A stretch of DNA of 47,341 bases from Candidatus Cloacimonadota bacterium (lineage in GTDB: Bacteria > Cloacimonadota > Cloacimonadia > Cloacimonadales > TCS61), in NCBI GenBank assembly GCA_030592835.1, contig JAUVIJ010000001.1, positions 1 through 47,341 on the forward strand, written 5' to 3'. Numbering within the stretch: the stretch's first letter is position 1; each line of letters begins with the position of its first letter. The notes under the pieces are model-generated. The model was not told where the DNA came from. It did not search any database and saw nothing but the letters and a program-made list of their open reading frames with translations. Shown here one piece after another: positions 18,662 to 29,069 of this stretch. The position numbers and the translations under genes are program-made.

Positions 18662-19288
18662 ATGTACAAATATCTGTTCATGATCATTATCCTGAGTTTT
18701 CTCTTATCCTGCGATAATCGCAATTCTTCCGGACCGGACTATGTTTTTGAAGAAGTGTTTACCGAACATTTCGATGAAGTCGGAGATTGGATACTTAATC
18801 CTGATTATACAACTATGCTTGGAGATACTGCCTGGGTTGTAGTTGATGACGGTCAACTGCAGATGGGTGCTTTGTATGGATGGAATGTTCCTTCTGCCGG
18901 TGCTTTTTATAACTATAATGATAGTCTTACCCAGATCTGGACTGAGAAGAACGTTCTGTTTGAAATCAAAGTCATAAATGCAGGTGTAAGTGAAGTCGGT
19001 GATGTCAGTTATCATCTCTTTTTCAATAACGACATAATCACTATCAGCTTCGATTCCTATGGTTTATTTGATTATTCTAATTATATTCTACACGTTGATT
19101 ACGAGCAGGAATATAACAGTGTTACTATTTTGGTAAACGGGATAGAGTTGAACAGTTACCAGATCAACGAACCGGGTGGGTTATTTCGTATAATGTTCGA
19201 CCTCTGGACCTCGAGTGCGAACGGTAATGGTTCTGCTCTCCTGAACATTGACTATGTAAAGATATTCACTTATTGTGAAGAGGAGTAA
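18662..19288 (+). CDS. Hypothetical lipoprotein
   Basis: AGGAGG at 18652-18657 precedes ATG 18662. Lipobox LSFLLSCDN. The track start at 18599 lies within the predicted promoter. Confidence 0.6.
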   Translation: MYKYLFMIIILSFLLSCDNRNSSGPDYVFEEVFTEHFDEVGDWILNPDYTTMLGDTAWVVVDDGQLQMGALYGWNVPSAGAFYNYNDSLTQIWTEKNVLFEIKVINAGVSEVGDVSYHLFFNNDIITISFDSYGLFDYSNYILHVDYEQEYNSVTILVNGIELNSYQINEPGGLFRIMFDLWTSSANGNGSALLNIDYVKIFTYCEEE

Positions 19289-19292
19289 TTCT

Positions 19293-19877
19293 CTATTTCA
19301 AATCAGAATAAAACTTATAAAGTATCCTTTCTATTGCTTCAGGAACCAATCCACTGATCTTTTCTCCACTAGCAATTTTTCTGCGAATATCTGTGGAAGA
19401 AATAGAAACCGGTTCCATCGTTATAAAGATGATTTTTGAATAATATTCCAATTTATCCAGCTTTTCATGTTTTTCTCCTGGTCTGGTAAAAACTACGAAC
19501 CGGACATTCTTCAGTAACCAGGTATAATTATTCCAACGAGGTAGTTCATCCACTATATCCATCCCTGCAAGAAAAGTAAAATCATGATCGGGAAACTTTT
19601 GAAACAGTTTTTTCAGGAGGATATCTGTAAAATTGAGGTTCTCCTGATCACTGTCCAATGTCGATGCCTTCATGCCAATTTCTGCAGAGAGGACTATTCC
19701 CAGCAATTTCATCCTCAGATCGAAAGGAAGTAACTTATGCTCCTTTTTCAGGGGGTGGTTCCCGACTGGTAAGAACCAGATCTCATCAAGGTCTAATTCT
19801 TTTAAGGCAGTTCTGGCTAAAGCCAGATGTCCGTTATGAACAGGATTAAAGGTTCCTCCCAACAGTCCGATTCTCAT
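19293..19877 (-). CDS. nadD: Nicotinate-nucleotide adenylyltransferase
   Basis: GGTFNPVHNGHL (HxGH nucleotidyltransferase motif) and C-terminal ISSTDIR. Starts 2 nt after the upstream KamA-family gene stop. Confidence 0.85.
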   Translation of the reverse strand: MRIGLLGGTFNPVHNGHLALARTALKELDLDEIWFLPVGNHPLKKEHKLLPFDLRMKLLGIVLSAEIGMKASTLDSDQENLNFTDILLKKLFQKFPDHDFTFLAGMDIVDELPRWNNYTWLLKNVRFVVFTRPGEKHEKLDKLEYYSKIIFITMEPVSISSTDIRRKIASGEKISGLVPEAIERILYKFYSDLK

Positions 19878-19879
19878 AA

Positions 19880-21169
19880 TTACCGACTATCTCTTTCATA
19901 GAAAAAATTCTTTTCTCCGAAAGCCGGGATCAGTTCATTTCTCCAGATAGCAGTCTCGTTGTATTCGGCAAAAAAAAGTTTATCGACCCAATCAGGATTT
20001 CTTGCCTGAATAAATTGAAGACATAACACCTTTTCTTTTCCAATATTGACAGGTCCTAATATCTGGATCTTACCAGGATCGGTTGACATTATCGGACCCC
20101 TGACCGTTCTACTCAATCCTGAGACATTCTTGTAAGCTTTCTTATAGATATCCCAGGCTTTAACGAGTGGTAAGGCAAAATATCTTTGAGCACCTGTATT
20201 TCTTGCTATAAACATATAATAAGGCACAATTCCCATTTCAACTTGCTTCGTCCATAATTTCTGCCATATTTCAGGGGAATCATTGATATTTTTGAGAATC
20301 GGAGCTTGTGAACGGATAATCGTACCAGTATCTAATATCCTGTCGACGGCTATTTTTACTTCCTGTGTTGACAACTCTTTTGGGTGGTTGAAGTGTGTCA
20401 TTAAAGCTAATCTTTTCCCTGAACGGTTCACTTTTCTGAACAACCTGAGCAGATCTCCGGCATCGTGACTATCTATAAATCTGTAAGGCCACCAGGATAA
20501 TGCTTTGGTACCAATCCTGATATTGATAAGATTTGGCAGTTTTGCTTTCAGTAGTTCATCAATGATATGTTTCAGAAATACTGTGCGCATGATCAAGGGA
20601 TCTCCACCTGTGATCAGGATGTCAGTAACATCAGGTTTTGTTTTCAAGTATTCAATCAGTTGTTTTACTTCCTGCATCACTAGTCTCAATTTTCTAATCC
20701 CGACAAATTGAGGCCAGCGAAAACAGAAAGAGCAGTAAGCATGACAGGTCTGTCCCCTGCTGGGAAAGAAAAGAACTGTTTCTCGATATTTATGCTGCAA
20801 ACCCCAGAGCTTTTTTCCATTTAATTCGGGAACATTCTTTTGAATCTGACTGGCAGGATGAGGGTTGAGTTGCATTCTGATCTTATTGGCCTCCCTGCGG
20901 ATGTCAGCAGAATCTGAATTTTTCTTCAACAAAGTAGACATTATTTGGAAATGTTCAGGATTGAGCATTTCTTTCTGTGGGAAAGTCATCAGGAAAACCG
21001 GATCGGTTTCGGTATTGTCCCAGTTTATCAATTTGTTTATTATATAGTTGTTCACTTTAAAAGGAAGGATATTACCGACAACCTCGATATTGAACTTAAG
21101 TTCGCTGCAAATTCGTTCAAAAAAGGGTATTTCTCTGAAATTTTTCAAGTTATAAGAAATATATTTCAT
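19880..21169 (-). CDS. KamA-family radical SAM protein (lysine 2,3-aminomutase-like)
   Basis: CHAYCSFCFR (CxxxCxxC) cluster. GGDPL, THFNHP and PYYMF motifs are collinear with KamA/EpmB enzymes. The N-terminal ~140 aa are divergent. Confidence 0.7.
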   Translation of the reverse strand: MKYISYNLKNFREIPFFERICSELKFNIEVVGNILPFKVNNYIINKLINWDNTETDPVFLMTFPQKEMLNPEHFQIMSTLLKKNSDSADIRREANKIRMQLNPHPASQIQKNVPELNGKKLWGLQHKYRETVLFFPSRGQTCHAYCSFCFRWPQFVGIRKLRLVMQEVKQLIEYLKTKPDVTDILITGGDPLIMRTVFLKHIIDELLKAKLPNLINIRIGTKALSWWPYRFIDSHDAGDLLRLFRKVNRSGKRLALMTHFNHPKELSTQEVKIAVDRILDTGTIIRSQAPILKNINDSPEIWQKLWTKQVEMGIVPYYMFIARNTGAQRYFALPLVKAWDIYKKAYKNVSGLSRTVRGPIMSTDPGKIQILGPVNIGKEKVLCLQFIQARNPDWVDKLFFAEYNETAIWRNELIPAFGEKNFFYERDSR

Positions 21170-21251
21170 AATGTCCTTATACTTAGGTATTCTATGATTT
21201 CCGAATTACGTATCTTTAAATAATATAATGATTTATAGTGGATTGGCGAAA

Positions 21252-21983
21252 TTATAATTTACTGATCAGACCGACGATTTTTTGAGTTTCTACAGCATCC
21301 GGGTATTTCACGGTTAATTTCTCCATGACCAGTTCCGCCATTGGTTTATTTGTTCGCCTGATATAGATCTTTGCCGAGTAATAAAGAGATTTTCTGTCTA
21401 TTTCATTGGTCATTCCGAGAGAGACAACTTCATTAAAATACATCAGGGCTGAACTGTAATCAAAGAGTTTGTAATAAGCATAGCCATTATAATATTTCTT
21501 CTCCGCGAATTTCTGCTCACATTTTGCAACATATTCGAAAGCCAAGGGTTTTCTTTCACTAAGTGGAAATTTTTCTATGAAACTCCTGAATGTATTCAGG
21601 GCCAGTTCGGTTTCTTCCTGAGTATAATGAGCACTCATGGATTCTTCGAAATAACAAATACCTATTCTGAAATAAGCTTTTTCGATACCTTCATAATTCT
21701 TGAACAATCTGATCATCTCTTCATATTCAAACCGGGCGTCCAAAAATTTATTCTGATTGAAATAGCTATCAGCCAGTTTTAACTGTGCTTCCGAAGTAAA
21801 GCCTGATTTTCTATCCAGAACAACTTCCAGATAATATGGGATGGCTTTATGGAATTTTTCGTTCTCGAAGTACTCATTTCCAATTCGCATTTTCTCCTCA
21901 ACAAGCATATCTTTCGAGATTCTGACATGACTGCAGGAAAACAGTAATAAAAACAATATTCCACAAACAATAAATCTTTTCAT
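21252..21983 (-). CDS. bamD: BamD/YfiO-like TPR outer-membrane assembly lipoprotein
   Basis: Lipobox LLLFSCS, 243 aa, TPR-like repeats (GNEYFENEKFHKAIPYYLEV; LADSYFNQNKFLDARFEYEEM). Confidence 0.6.
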   Translation of the reverse strand: MKRFIVCGILFLLLFSCSHVRISKDMLVEEKMRIGNEYFENEKFHKAIPYYLEVVLDRKSGFTSEAQLKLADSYFNQNKFLDARFEYEEMIRLFKNYEGIEKAYFRIGICYFEESMSAHYTQEETELALNTFRSFIEKFPLSERKPLAFEYVAKCEQKFAEKKYYNGYAYYKLFDYSSALMYFNEVVSLGMTNEIDRKSLYYSAKIYIRRTNKPMAELVMEKLTVKYPDAVETQKIVGLISKL

Positions 21984-22010
21984 ATCTACCTCAATTCTGT
22001 AAATAAAACA

Positions 22011-23435
22011 TCAGGTTTTTTGAAAAAAAGTCCTGTATGCTTTAAAAGTTGAATAAAGATCCGCCTTATTGCACAACTCATACAGAGAATGCATTCCCAG
22101 AAGACCGGGACCGCAGTCGATTACTTCGGCACCATATTCCGCCATGAATTTGGCAATTGTACCTCCACCACCTTCATCTACTTTACCCAGAGTTCCTATC
22201 TGCCAGTTAATTTTATCCTCATTGAAAATCCTGATTATTTTAGCATTAAATTCGGCATTGGCATCATTGGAACTGGATTTTCCCCTGCTACCTGTATATT
22301 TGGTAATGCTCACACCATAGCCAATATGAACAGCATTATCTTTTTCATGTACTCCTGGATAATTGGGGTTAATTCCTGCATTAACATCTGCTGAAAGAAT
22401 TTGAGTTTTAAGAAGCGTTTTTCTCAGATTTTCGCTATCGTTTTTTTCCCCATTACTTTTAAGGAGGTCGGCAATAAAATCGATAATGAATATTGATTTT
22501 GCCCCGGTATTACTTTCGCTTCCTATTTCTTCCTTATCAGCCAGAAAAACAATTGCTGTCCTATCCAAATCCTTTTTTGCTGCTTCAATCATGGCCATAA
22601 CCGAAGTATAAGCACAGATCCGGTCATCCTGACCATAACCCAGAACCATACTTTTATCGATACCAGCATCTCTGGCTTTACCTGCCGGTACAAGTTCCAA
22701 CTCAGCACTGAGAAGATCTTCTTCAACAATACCATATTTTTCATTCATGAGGACAAGAGCATTTAACTTCACAGCATTCTTAACTTCTTCTTCCTCATCA
22801 GATAGATATGGGATTGAATTGAAGATCACTTTCATATGTTCAGCCACAATGGCTTCCCCTATTTTTTTGCTATACTGTTCTTTCTGGGAAAGATGTGGCA
22901 GGAGATCAGGCATAATAAACACAGGATCATCCTTATCTTCACCGATAGATATCCTTATTAATTCCCCGCTTTTTTTAATAATTACCCCATGCAGGGCAAG
23001 AGGTGTAGACATCCACTGGTACTTCTTAATCCCACCATAATAATGGGTTTTCATGATCCCCAGACCGGTAGTGGCATCTTCTTCCAGGGGATTCTGTTTT
23101 AAATCCACCCTGGGCGCATCTATATGTGAAACTATCAAATTCACACCTTCACTGATCGGTTTTTCACCAATGACGGCAATAGCTACGTTTTTATCCCTGG
23201 CAACTTTATATAAATGTTTACTACTGTTACCTGATCCCATAATTTGGAAATTATTGCTCTGTAGAAAATCATTGAAGAAAGATACTGTTTCCCTTTCAGT
23301 CTTAGCCTGGTCAAGGAAACTTTTATAACCTTCAGCGAATTCAAAGGCTCTTTCTCTTTCTTTTTTAGATGATTTCTGCCAGAAATTTTTTCTCTCATAT
23401 GAAAGCTTCTTCAACAAAGTTTCGCTTTTTTTCAT
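22011..23435 (-). CDS. M18-family aminopeptidase (aminopeptidase 1-like)
   Basis: 474 aa. Overall resemblance to clostridial-type M18 aminopeptidase 1 (SHIDAPR, FLADKEEIGS, GGGGTIAKF, LGMHS). Confidence 0.7.
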   Translation of the reverse strand: MKKSETLLKKLSYERKNFWQKSSKKERERAFEFAEGYKSFLDQAKTERETVSFFNDFLQSNNFQIMGSGNSSKHLYKVARDKNVAIAVIGEKPISEGVNLIVSHIDAPRVDLKQNPLEEDATTGLGIMKTHYYGGIKKYQWMSTPLALHGVIIKKSGELIRISIGEDKDDPVFIMPDLLPHLSQKEQYSKKIGEAIVAEHMKVIFNSIPYLSDEEEEVKNAVKLNALVLMNEKYGIVEEDLLSAELELVPAGKARDAGIDKSMVLGYGQDDRICAYTSVMAMIEAAKKDLDRTAIVFLADKEEIGSESNTGAKSIFIIDFIADLLKSNGEKNDSENLRKTLLKTQILSADVNAGINPNYPGVHEKDNAVHIGYGVSITKYTGSRGKSSSNDANAEFNAKIIRIFNEDKINWQIGTLGKVDEGGGGTIAKFMAEYGAEVIDCGPGLLGMHSLYELCNKADLYSTFKAYRTFFQKT

Positions 23436-23444
23436 TTTAATCCT

Positions 23445-23915
23445 TTATTTTATCGACAGGAGTTCAAATTCCCTTTTTCCAATCGGTGCATGAACAACAA
23501 AATATTCTCCGATTTTTTTTCCGATCATGGCTTTTCCTATCGGAGATGCTACCGACATCCTTTCATACTCATTTTTTGTTTCAAAGACTTCATCTATTCC
23601 CACTAATCTTATCTTTTTTTCGATATCTGAGTTCAATTCCCGTATGATCACTCTCGCTCCAAATCTCACTGCGTCTTTAGGTATTGTATCGGTATCGACA
23701 ACTTTAAGCTTGGTTATACGTTTTTTGATATTGTTGAATTCTTTTTCCAGATATCTTTGTCTTTCTCTGGCAGCATGGTATTCCGCATTTTCACTCAGAT
23801 CACCCATCTCTCTGGCAGTAACGACCTGTTTTATGATACCGGGGCGTTCCTTGATCAGATCATTCATTCTTTTATGTAATTTCCGCATTCCTTCTTTTGT
23901 TATATAATCTGCCAT
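23445..23915 (-). CDS. greA: Transcription elongation factor GreA
   Basis: 156 aa. ITKEG...L...L......RP.I...V..ARE.GDLSENAEYHAARE is the GreA N-terminal coiled-coil signature. Confidence 0.9.
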   Translation of the reverse strand: MADYITKEGMRKLHKRMNDLIKERPGIIKQVVTAREMGDLSENAEYHAARERQRYLEKEFNNIKKRITKLKVVDTDTIPKDAVRFGARVIIRELNSDIEKKIRLVGIDEVFETKNEYERMSVASPIGKAMIGKKIGEYFVVHAPIGKREFELLSIK

Positions 23916-23926
23916 TGATGTCCCAT

Positions 23927-24736
23927 TTATTTCTTTTTCTTAAGTATTTTTTGAGCATGCAGCCCTATCTTTTTCAGATTGATATTACCGCTTTTTGACC
24001 AGAAATCAACCATTTCCTGAAGAGTTTTATTATAACAGCAGATGGCTCCGCTCAGGATTTCTGCAAAAATCGGGTTGCGAGTATTATGATAGTTTTCGTA
24101 GATCGACTTATAAAATTTTGGGTCTATTTTATAAATATCTTTCAATAATCCTGAATTTAGTTTTACCATATTAGCTGTTGCATATAACCAGGAAGTTTCC
24201 AATTTGGCAAAAATCAATTTTGTGATTCCTGGATCATTATTTATCAGTTTAGTGATCAGTTTCTGTACACTGATTGTTAAAACTCTGTTATCTTGTTTTA
24301 CCCAGCGAACTATAATATCGAGATTATCACCAGCATTTTTCTTGAACAGAGGAAATATTACTTTATCGATCACAAGATTACAGGTTTTCTGATCATCTGT
24401 ATGAAAAAGGAATTTCTCCAGATAATCAAGAAAAAAGGATGTTTCCCTCCTGACAGCCCTTGCCATAACATAGGCATATATTATTCTTCCGTTCTCTCCC
24501 TTATGTTCGAGAAGGAAATCGAAAAAGTCTAAATATTTATCAGCGTCTTTGTGCATTTTTGATCCCAGAGTTTTACCTACAAAGGTTATAACCGCTGTAG
24601 GTATTTTATTATCAATCCTCTGTGGATACGCATTATAGATGATATCTATATCATAATCACCCTGAGGTAATTTTCTTTCATAGAAATCTATTGTGTCTTT
24701 TTTCAGTCTTTCTTTCCAGTCTAAGGAAATCATCAT
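23927..24736 (-). CDS. Hypothetical helical protein (family not recognised)
   Basis: 269-aa ORF with AAGGAG upstream of ATGATG. Predicted all-alpha composition and Lys-rich C-terminus. Confidence 0.5.
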   Translation of the reverse strand: MMISLDWKERLKKDTIDFYERKLPQGDYDIDIIYNAYPQRIDNKIPTAVITFVGKTLGSKMHKDADKYLDFFDFLLEHKGENGRIIYAYVMARAVRRETSFFLDYLEKFLFHTDDQKTCNLVIDKVIFPLFKKNAGDNLDIIVRWVKQDNRVLTISVQKLITKLINNDPGITKLIFAKLETSWLYATANMVKLNSGLLKDIYKIDPKFYKSIYENYHNTRNPIFAEILSGAICCYNKTLQEMVDFWSKSGNINLKKIGLHAQKILKKKK

Positions 24737-24780
24737 CTATCTCCTTCAAATCTTTCAATCAGCATTCAATAAAATTATTA

Positions 24781-24803
24781 TTACCTGTTCTAGAACCAGG
24801 TAA
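24781..24803 (-). terminator. Weak hairpin 3 nt downstream of the S8 protease stop
   Basis: Minus-strand RNA UUACCUG-GUUCUAGAA-CAGGUAA followed by UAAUAAUUUUAUU. The stem is AU-rich. Confidence 0.25.
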
Positions 24804-24805
24804 GA

Positions 24806-27800
24806 TCAATAAATAATGGCAAATTTACCCTTCCGGTGGTCTTTATTCATTTCCACTACATAAAAATATATCCCCGACGCTACCCGATTTCCAGCGTTAT
24901 TCTTTCCATCCCAACTGTAAAAATTGTTCAATTCAGACTCAGTCAGAGGTCCGAGCCTATCCTTAAATACAAGATCCCCGGGCAAATCATAGATCCGGAT
25001 CGATCCTTCTATGCCCAGAGGAAGATTCACGAATCTAAGTTCTTGATATTCATCGGGATAGAAGGGATTCGGATAAACTTTCATATGCTTTAAATTCGTG
25101 ATATCTGTTAAGTTGAAACGGCTTTTATTCCCATTGTTGGATATTCTGTTTCCATTAAGGTCCTCAACATTCTCTATTTTCAGAAAATACTTTTTGGTAG
25201 AATACTCCAGATTCTTAATTAAGTAAAGGTTAACATAAAAGGAATCCATAACAGAATAATATTGAAGATCGATAATTCCATTGTCGGGATCATTAGAGGG
25301 TGGAATTAAAGTATAATTGGATAAATTCTCTGCCTGAAGTGTTTTAATAGGCTCAGAAAAATATACTTTTACATTTCCGTCATCCTCAACTCTGGAATAC
25401 AGGATCCTGGGAGCATCTACGTCCTCTTTATATAAAAATGGGTAACTCCCATCGGAAAAAGGTACTCCTGTTTTACCCTGAACTCCGGTTATCTGAATAC
25501 TGTATTCTTCTGCTGGAAGTATCCCGTTGTTGAATGTCAGGATAACACCTCTTTTCTCATTGATGAAATTTACCGATGCCGGCAAACCTACGCCATTATT
25601 GATTTCATAGTGCAAATTATTTATTGCACCGTTATTCAAAATCTGATCAAAATTCAATTCCAGAATGTTGGATGAGACCATGTCTATCAGAATAAGCAGC
25701 GGAATATAGCTCGGGATTACCTGCTTCCATAATGTGGGCTTGCTTTCCTGGGGAACAAACTCACCACATACTGCAGAAACCTGATAATAAAGAGTGTCTC
25801 CAGCAGACAGACCTGTTTCGGTAAACTCAAACTCCGTTGTTGTATCCAGAAGAATGATGTTGCTTCCAAACTTACGATAAATATTGAAGTAGTCATAAGG
25901 CAGACCTTCATAGTTCCACTGTAAATGGGATGTCTGTTCATTCAGAGGAGAACACAGGAAATTATAAGGTGTTATCGGACCAGTAAACAATTCTGACTTT
26001 GTTATAAGAATACTTTCCAACTGATCGGTCGTACCAGTATTCACAATGATATATGCTTCATTTTCGGGCGAATAGGAGTGGGCTGTAATGATATTCTGAT
26101 AGGTTTTTGTCGATTCTCCTTTCCACACTGGTATAATTTCTCCTCCCACATCATCGATCACATAAGAATTGGGTGGAAGAGAGAGGAATACTTCTTCATC
26201 TCCATCTCCATCCAGATCAGCGACAGCAATTGAGTTCTTACCCTCGACATGATCGAAGGCTGTATAACCGATCGAACCATATTGATCATCTTCTCCCAAC
26301 CAGGAATAATATTTGAAAAAGGAATAGGATTTGTTGGGATCGGCATAATTTCTCGTAAAACCACCGACACAGAATTCGGAAATCCCGTCACCGTTAAAAT
26401 CTACTAAAGTCGGATAATAGGCATCGGGTACAGGAAGACGATCCTGCCATTTCATTTCATACTCACTATTGATAGAATATAATTCATAGATAATGACATC
26501 TCCATCGGTATCGCTGGTAAGAACATCCATATTGCCATCCTGATCAAAATCAGCTACATGGATTTTGTTCACGAACTCATTTTTCAGATTTGTCTCGGTT
26601 TCATTATAAATCGTATATATTCTATTTATTGTATTACCAAATCTTTTATATATAGCCAGTATTCGTCTGGTGACCATTTCATCTGTTTCATTCTTAATGA
26701 TCGCGATTTCATCGATTCCATCATTATCAATATCGACAAAATTACCGCCATATACGTTGGTTTCCGACCAGAGTAATGTGCTGGGATACATTTCACCCTC
26801 TTCGGAAACATATAGCCTGGCAATATCGGCACTTAATCCCAAAAGGCTGATGTCTTCTTCTGAAGTAAAACCCAGGTCCTGAGGCCAAAGTTCAAAATCA
26901 AAGATATGTTTGGTGATCAAATTCCTGTTACTGACCTCAAATATCTTAAGTATTTTCTCATCTCCGACTATTTCCTGAGCCAGAAATTCCATGATTCCGT
27001 TACCATCGATATCCAAGTGTTTTCTAGTAGCAATGATCTCATTTCCAAGAGTTTGATATTCGAAAGAATTCACATCTAAAGAAATGAATTCATCTGGCAA
27101 GGGAATATTGTTTTCTTCCGGACTGTAAACCACTTCCAACCCACATTGATTTATCGCCCAAAGTTCGATTCCAGTATAATCAACTTCCGGTTCCGGTAAA
27201 TTAAACATCTGGATTTCATCGGTAATATTACTGAAAGCGACCAGATATTTGTTATTATTAATGTCAACATAGGAAGCCGAGAGTTGAACTGGTTCATCAT
27301 AAACCGTTTGCAAAAAATATTTTACATATTCATCATCATATCTCTTCATAATTCCGGTCAAGCTGAAATCCTGAACCGGGGGAGTCTGATCAAGAAATAT
27401 CGTTCGTCTTAATTCATAATGCCCATTCTCACAGGTCATTACCTCTACCCGGAGTTGATATTTATTGAATTCGGATGAAACACCTTCAAGATCAAAATGA
27501 CCCAGGATCCCGTTCTCTACCTGTTCATAATAATAGGTAGGTGTGTTCATATGAGGATAGTTAATGTCTTTCCAATCCCCTGGAAACGGCAGTTCTTCAT
27601 CCGTGTACATAATTGAATACTTGGAAAAATTATCGGCCATGACCGTTCCGATTATATCGAAACTCTGGTTCAATCCCTGAAAATCAGAAGGAAATTCGAT
27701 CAGAAAATCAGGATATTCTTCATTCGTTAAAAAAGCCTCTAGGTCCAGAACTCCATGACCATGTTCAATATCGTAGCCAGAATCTCCAATGTCCCGACAG

Positions 27801-29038
27801 GAACTTGTCAATCGTGTCTTTACCTGTTCAAAATTCAATCCTGGTTCTACCGAAAGAAGTAAACCGATTCCGGCTGAAACGAAGGGAGCGGACATGGAAG
27901 TTCCTGATTGTTCTTTATACAGATTATTTTCGGTAACATCGTACGAACTGATGATCTGAACACCGGGAGCTAACAGATCAAGTTGGGGTCCATAACTGGA
28001 GAAGTTTGCCCTGTTAAAGAAGCGATCTACCGAGCCGACAGCTATTGTAGTGGATAACTGTGCCGGATACATGATCCCGGGACCATAGGTATTGCCTGAA
28101 GACACTACGACGATACTGCCCAATTCGTAAGCATAATGGCAGGCATCGGCTATAATCTGGGAATAGTTTTGATCACCCCAACTGATGTTGATAACATCAG
28201 CTCCCATATCAGCAGCATAAATAATAGATGCAGCTGCATCGTCATCCTGGAGATATCCCAGACCCTCAATAGTTTTGAATCCGGCTCTGATGATCAGGAT
28301 ATCGATATTCCAACAGACACCGCATACACCCAGACCATTATTGGTATCAGCCCCGATTATACCTGCGAGATGGGTTCCATGATTAATATCATCCGTTGGA
28401 TCATTATCCTGTTCAGTGTAATCACCGAGTGCAATATCAGAAAGTTCGGGAGCATCGACGAAATCCCAACCTCTCCAATCATCGACATATCCGTTATTAT
28501 CATTATCAATACCATCATCTGGTATTTCAGCATCATTATAAAAAACATTATTCTGCACATCCGGATGATCGAAATGCAAACCGGAATCCACAAGACCAAT
28601 CAGGATCTGATCACTTCCAATCGTGTAATTCCAAGCCTCGGGTGCATTAGTATCATGATTGTTTTCCTGGTAAAGTCCCCAAAGTTCTCCGGTTACGAAA
28701 TAAGGATCATTTGGTAATTGGAACATCGTATTTATATAGTTAGGTTGAATATATTCTACACCCGCAAACTCAAGAGGTGCTATTTCTTCCCAGGAAATAT
28801 CATTGTTAAAAGTTATTACATAATACTGGTTATCATTTTTTTTTGTGATTGATTTAATACTTTTCAGTCCCTGAGACATCAGGAAACTATCGAAATCCTC
28901 AAGTCCAAAATTGCCCGAATCTACAGATCTGGTAGTGTTTGTCTTGACTATCAATTCCCGGGGGGAATATTCAAGACCATTTAAAAAAGAGATTATAATC
29001 AGCATTAGCAAGATGATAATCAATTTGGTCAATTTCAT
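24806..29038 (-). CDS. Giant secreted S8 (subtilisin-family) serine protease with I9-like propeptide, FG-GAP/VCBS-type repeats, Ig/FN3-like modules and T9SS C-terminal sorting domain
   Basis: Catalytic triad contexts VDSGLHFDHPD (Asp), HGTHLAGIIGA (His) and SGTSMSAPFVSAG (Ser), plus oxyanion SSGN. Repeats DIDGNGIMEF, DFDQDGNMDV, DFNGDGISEF and DLDGDGDEEV. CTD VYPNPFYPDE...IRIYDLPGDLV...GIYFYVV. GGGGGA upstream of the ATG. Confidence 0.85.
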   Translation of the reverse strand: MKLTKLIIILLMLIIISFLNGLEYSPRELIVKTNTTRSVDSGNFGLEDFDSFLMSQGLKSIKSITKKNDNQYYVITFNNDISWEEIAPLEFAGVEYIQPNYINTMFQLPNDPYFVTGELWGLYQENNHDTNAPEAWNYTIGSDQILIGLVDSGLHFDHPDVQNNVFYNDAEIPDDGIDNDNNGYVDDWRGWDFVDAPELSDIALGDYTEQDNDPTDDINHGTHLAGIIGADTNNGLGVCGVCWNIDILIIRAGFKTIEGLGYLQDDDAAASIIYAADMGADVINISWGDQNYSQIIADACHYAYELGSIVVVSSGNTYGPGIMYPAQLSTTIAVGSVDRFFNRANFSSYGPQLDLLAPGVQIISSYDVTENNLYKEQSGTSMSAPFVSAGIGLLLSVEPGLNFEQVKTRLTSSCRDIGDSGYDIEHGHGVLDLEAFLTNEEYPDFLIEFPSDFQGLNQSFDIIGTVMADNFSKYSIMYTDEELPFPGDWKDINYPHMNTPTYYYEQVENGILGHFDLEGVSSEFNKYQLRVEVMTCENGHYELRRTIFLDQTPPVQDFSLTGIMKRYDDEYVKYFLQTVYDEPVQLSASYVDINNNKYLVAFSNITDEIQMFNLPEPEVDYTGIELWAINQCGLEVVYSPEENNIPLPDEFISLDVNSFEYQTLGNEIIATRKHLDIDGNGIMEFLAQEIVGDEKILKIFEVSNRNLITKHIFDFELWPQDLGFTSEEDISLLGLSADIARLYVSEEGEMYPSTLLWSETNVYGGNFVDIDNDGIDEIAIIKNETDEMVTRRILAIYKRFGNTINRIYTIYNETETNLKNEFVNKIHVADFDQDGNMDVLTSDTDGDVIIYELYSINSEYEMKWQDRLPVPDAYYPTLVDFNGDGISEFCVGGFTRNYADPNKSYSFFKYYSWLGEDDQYGSIGYTAFDHVEGKNSIAVADLDGDGDEEVFLSLPPNSYVIDDVGGEIIPVWKGESTKTYQNIITAHSYSPENEAYIIVNTGTTDQLESILITKSELFTGPITPYNFLCSPLNEQTSHLQWNYEGLPYDYFNIYRKFGSNIILLDTTTEFEFTETGLSAGDTLYYQVSAVCGEFVPQESKPTLWKQVIPSYIPLLILIDMVSSNILELNFDQILNNGAINNLHYEINNGVGLPASVNFINEKRGVILTFNNGILPAEEYSIQITGVQGKTGVPFSDGSYPFLYKEDVDAPRILYSRVEDDGNVKVYFSEPIKTLQAENLSNYTLIPPSNDPDNGIIDLQYYSVMDSFYVNLYLIKNLEYSTKKYFLKIENVEDLNGNRISNNGNKSRFNLTDITNLKHMKVYPNPFYPDEYQELRFVNLPLGIEGSIRIYDLPGDLVFKDRLGPLTESELNNFYSWDGKNNAGNRVASGIYFYVVEMNKDHRKGKFAIIY

Positions 29039-29069
29039 AATTTTTCCCCCAGTTAATCTGTCTCAGCTA

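Noticed and set aside
18535-18723. 62-aa minus-strand ORF spanning the glnA-lipoprotein spacer.
   Set aside because: It covers the inverted repeats and the plus-strand promoter and start of the lipoprotein gene. It has no ribosome-binding site and no recognisable features.
27655-27685. GGTTCAATCCC-like T-loop string suggestive of a tRNA.
   Set aside because: It lies inside the long, motif-supported S8 protease ORF, with no cloverleaf partners around it. No other tRNA-like T-arm strings were seen in intergenic DNA.
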